Source: Planctomycetota bacterium
Lineage (GTDB): Bacteria; Planctomycetota; B15-G4; SIAN01
DNA: 64,000 nucleotides
Direction of reading: 5' to 3'
Assembly (NCBI GenBank): GCA_031409275.1
Contig: JANNXA010000033.1
Location: forward strand, 32,001-96,000
Shown: piece by piece, positions 59,617-64,000 of the stretch
Numbering within the stretch: the stretch's first letter is position 1
Layout of the letters: the number at the start of each line of letters is the position of its first letter
The notes under the pieces: generated by a model
Told to the model about the DNA's origin: nothing
The model's database searches: none
What the model saw: the letters and a program-made list of their open reading frames with translations, nothing else
Made by a program: the position numbers and the translations under genes

Positions 59617-60270
59617 ATGCTGGCGCGGTCGCTTCGCATCCTTGCACTCGTGGCGGTCGTCTTCGGTGGCGCCGCGATGATCTTCGCCGGCGATGTGCGC
59701 GGCGTCGGCGACCACACGGGCTTCGCGCCGAGCCAGCCGATCGCGTTCTCGCATCGACTTCACGCCGGCGAGCTGCAGGTGCAGTGCCTCTACTGTCATG
59801 CCGGCGCGGAGCGGAGCCGGCATGCCGGCCTGCCCGAGGCGAGCCTCTGCATGAACTGCCACCAGAGCGTGACCGCGCCGCGCGATCGCGTGCTCGAGGA
59901 GCAGGCGGCGGCGGCGGCGCAGGGGCGCGAGCCGAAGCTCGTCTTCTCGTCCGAGATCGCGAAGGTCTACGCGGCGCTCGGACTCGACTCCTTCGGGAAG
60001 CGCGATCCGGCGCAGGAGCCGCGGCCCATCGAGTGGGTCCGCGTCCATCACCTGCCGGACTTCGTCTACTTCGATCACCGACCCCACGTGCTGCGCGGCG
60101 TCGCGTGCGAGACCTGCCACGGGCCGGTTCAGAGCATGGACCGGGTGCGGCAGGAAGCGTCGCTCTCGATGGGCTGGTGCATGGAGTGCCATCGGGCCAG
60201 CCGTGTGACTCTGCGGCCGGAGCTTCCGGCGCAGCCGGTCTCGACCGATTGCACGACATGCCATTTCTAG
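59617..60270 (+). CDS. actA: Alternative complex III pentaheme cytochrome c subunit
   Basis: QPIAFSHRLH; five CxxCH (CLYCH, CMNCH, CETCH, CMECH, CTTCH); WVRVHHLPDFVYFDH. Confidence 0.9.
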   Translation: MLARSLRILALVAVVFGGAAMIFAGDVRGVGDHTGFAPSQPIAFSHRLHAGELQVQCLYCHAGAERSRHAGLPEASLCMNCHQSVTAPRDRVLEEQAAAAAQGREPKLVFSSEIAKVYAALGLDSFGKRDPAQEPRPIEWVRVHHLPDFVYFDHRPHVLRGVACETCHGPVQSMDRVRQEASLSMGWCMECHRASRVTLRPELPAQPVSTDCTTCHF

Positions 60271-60277
60271 GAGCAGC

Positions 60278-63200
60278 ATGATGGACGGCGATCGGCCCGG
60301 TCGGCCGTGGCGAAGCCTCTCCGAGCTGGACGGCACATTCGTTCCGTTCGACCCGAACGCCGACGTCCGTCGCGAGTGGTTCGACTTGCCGACCGAGCTC
60401 GTCGATGGAATCACACCGTCGCGCCGCTCCTTCCTCAAACTCGCGGGTTTCGGTTTCGCGGGCGCCGCGCTCTCCGCTTGCAGCCGCGCCCCGATCGAGA
60501 AGGCGATCCCGCTCTTGGTGCGACCCGAGACGATCGTCCCGGGCAAGTCGTACTGGATGGCGACGACCTGTGCCGGCTGTCCGGCTGGTTGCGGCGTCCT
60601 CGCGAAGTGTCGGGACGGCCGTCCGATCAAGCTCGAGGGCAATCCGCAGCAGTCGATCGGCCGTGGCGGTCTCTGCGCGGTCGGTCAGGCGCAGCTCCTT
60701 TCGCTGTACGACGCGAAGCGGTTGACGGGCGCCCGGCACGCCGGCGATGCGCTGGAATTCTCCGCCGCCGACACGGAGCTCCGCGCACGCCTCGACGAGG
60801 TGCGCGCGCGCGGCGGCGCCGTGCGAGTGTTGACTGGCACCGAGACGTCGCCGAGCACGCGTGCCGCCATCGACCGCTTCGTGGGCAGCTTTCGCGACGG
60901 GAGGCATGTCGCGTACGACGCGCTCTCGAGCTCGGCGCTGCTCGACGCGCACGCGGCCACGCACGGTGTGCGCGCGCTGCCACGCATTCGGCTCGAACGC
61001 GCGCGGCGGATCGTCGCGATCGAGGCGGACTTCCTCGGCACCTGGATCTCGCCGGTCGAGTACACGTTGGGCCGACGCATGGCGCGCGATCCCGAGCGGC
61101 CTGCCGAGTTCGCGCGCCACGTGCAGATCGAGTCGGCGATGTCGCTGTCCGGCAGCGTCGCCGATCGACGGCTGGCGCTTGCGCCGTGGCAGGTCGGCGC
61201 CGCCGTCGGCGAACTGGCCCGGCATGTCGCTGCTCGCGCCGGCGTGAAGTTGCCGATCGAGCTGCCGCCGTTCGACGATCCGATGGCAGCGCAGTTGGAA
61301 GCGATCGCCGCTGATCTGTTCGATCATCACGGACGCGCGGTCGTGCTCTGCGGCAGCGGCGACGTCGCGGTGCAGAAGCTCGTGAACTGGGTGAACGAGC
61401 AGATCGGGGCCTACGGCACGATCCTCGACCTCGCAGCGCCGTCGTTCCAGCGCCTCGGCGACGAACGCGCGCTTGCGACGCTGCGACGCGAGCTCGACGA
61501 GGGAAAGGTCGAAGTCCTCGTGATCGCGGGCGTGAACCCGGCGTACGACTTCCCCGATGCGAGTGCCTTCCGCGAGTCGGTGGGCCGGGTCGGGCTCGTG
61601 GTCTGCTGTGCGACTCACGAAGACGAGACGACGGCGCTTGCGCATTGGGTGCTGGCGCTGCCGCACTTCCTCGAGACGTGGAACGATGCCGAGCCGGTCG
61701 CGGGTCTGCTCGCCCTGACGCAGCCGACGGTGCCGCCGCTCAAGGCCGCGCGCACGTTGCGCCAGACGCTCGCGAGCTGGCTTGGCGATGCGCGCGACGA
61801 TCACGCGTTGGTGCGCGATCACCATCAGGAGTGGTTGGCGGCTCACGAGATCACCGGGCCGACGTTCGAGCAGTCGTTGCACGAGGGGTTCTTCGAAGTC
61901 GCGCAGAACGCCGCAACGACCGCTGCCGCGAGCCGACCCTTCCGCGCCGCAGCGCTCGAAGTTCCGGCGGTGGGGGCGCTGCCACCGGAGGGGGCGCTTG
62001 CGCCGGTGCTGCACGCGCAGGTCGGGATGCCGGACGGCCGCCACGCGCATAACCCGTGGCTGCACGAGCTCCCCGATCCGATCACCAAGGTCGTCTGGGA
62101 CAACGTGGCCGCGGTTGCTCCCGCGACGGCGCAACGGCTCGGAGTGACCACCGGCGATGTGGTGCGAATCACCGCCGTCGGTGGCCAGGCCGTCGTCGAG
62201 CTGCCGCTCCTGGTGCAGCCGGGAATGCACCCAGGCGCGGTGGCGATCGCGCGCTTCTACGGAAGGCGCGGGACCGATCGATTCACGCGCGTGGGGCCGC
62301 AGTGGCTCGAGGCGAAGGCGACCGTCGCGCCAGGTGGCGTCGTCGGCGTCGACGTGTCGATGTTGCGCGAAGCGTCCGCGGTGGAGCTCTCGGCCACCGG
62401 GCGTCGGGTGAAGCTCGCCTGCACGCAAGACCACCATTCGCTCACCGTGCCGGAGCACCTCGCGCCGGAGGGCGGCGAAGTGCGTGACGCGGTACGCGAA
62501 GTCACGCTGGCCACGCTCCTTGCGCATCCGCAACACGCGCTCGAGCGCGAGACGACGGAGGGCGCGGAGCTCTGGCCGGAAGACCACCTTCATGCCGGCC
62601 CGCAGTGGGGCATGGCGATCGACCTTTCGGCATGCACCGGCTGCTCCGCGTGCGTGGTCGGCTGCCAGGCCGAGAACAACGTTCCGGTGGTCGGCAGGGA
62701 CGAGGTGCGTCGCCATCGAGAGATGCACTGGATCCGCATCGACCGCTACTGGCAGGGCGAAGCGGAAGATCCACGCGCGCTGCATCAGCCGATGATGTGC
62801 CAGCAGTGCGGACATGCGCCGTGCGAGACGGTCTGTCCGGTGTTGGCAACGGTTCACTCGACCGAGGGCCTGAACCAGCAGATCTACAACCGCTGCGTCG
62901 GCACGCGCTACTGCGCCAACAACTGCCCGTACAAGGTCCGCCGCTTCAACTGGTTCGACTATCCGCACGAAGACCGGTTGCAGAACCTGGCGCTCAATCC
63001 CGACGTCGCCATCCGCAGCCGCGGCGTGATGGAGAAGTGCAGCTTCTGCGTGCAGCGCATCCTCGAGGCCAAGTTGACGGCCAAAGAAGAGGGGCGCAGC
63101 GTGCGCGACGGAGACGTTCAGTCGGCATGCCAGCAGAGCTGCCCGGCCCAGGCGATCGTCTTCGGCGACCTGTCCGATCCAGCGAGCCGCGTCTCGCGCC

Positions 63201-63299
63201 TCGCGCAGAACGGGCGCAGCTACCGCGTGCTCGAGGAGCTGAACGTGAAGCCGGTGGTGAACTACCTCGCCGTGGTTCGCGATCAAGAGGAGCGGCGCG

Positions 63300-63310
<11 letters not shown>
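60278..63310 (+). CDS. actB: Alternative complex III subunit B (molybdopterin-oxidoreductase-like fold plus Fe-S domain)
   Basis: SRRSFLK Tat motif; DGRPIKLEGNP; CTGCSACVVGCQAENN, CVGTRYCANNCPY, RGVMEKC. Confidence 0.92.

Positions 63311-64000
<690 letters not shown>

Overview
GC-rich bacterial DNA, most likely from a Planctomycetota genome (inferred from the DUF1549/DUF1553-DUF1501 pair, an ECF sigma + Ser/Thr kinase-TPR pair and many secreted FG-GAP proteins). I saw no rRNA, tRNA, CRISPR array or transposase. Main content: (1) secreted FG-GAP/beta-propeller proteins, several sharing an unnamed ~95-aa C-terminal domain, and one with a hidden alpha/beta-hydrolase domain; (2) an ~11-12 kb cluster (about 10.5-22.8 kb) encoding a DHQS-family sugar-phosphate cyclase, ROK kinase, radical SAM/twitch enzyme, nucleotidyltransferase-NUDIX fusion, cupin, DegT aminotransferase, divergent GH4, TIM-barrel epimerase, a dTMP-kinase-like fusion and a GT4. 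This looks like an undescribed aminocyclitol/pseudosugar pathway and is the best candidate for a new system; (3) an ArsC-like selenoprotein (in-frame TGA in UxxC plus a SECIS-like hairpin) that the ORF track truncates; (4) an ECF sigma/kinase module next to a ~2.1 kb tandem duplication of a lipoprotein with 27-aa YD/DxDxDG repeats; (5) hisS; (6) intact ORFs with eroded catalytic motifs (ArgJ-like, HDAC-like, GH172); (7) a tightly packed narC-narGHJI-narK-actABC operon joining respiratory nitrate reductase to alternative complex III, running off the window end. All family calls come from motif recognition by eye; no searches were run.
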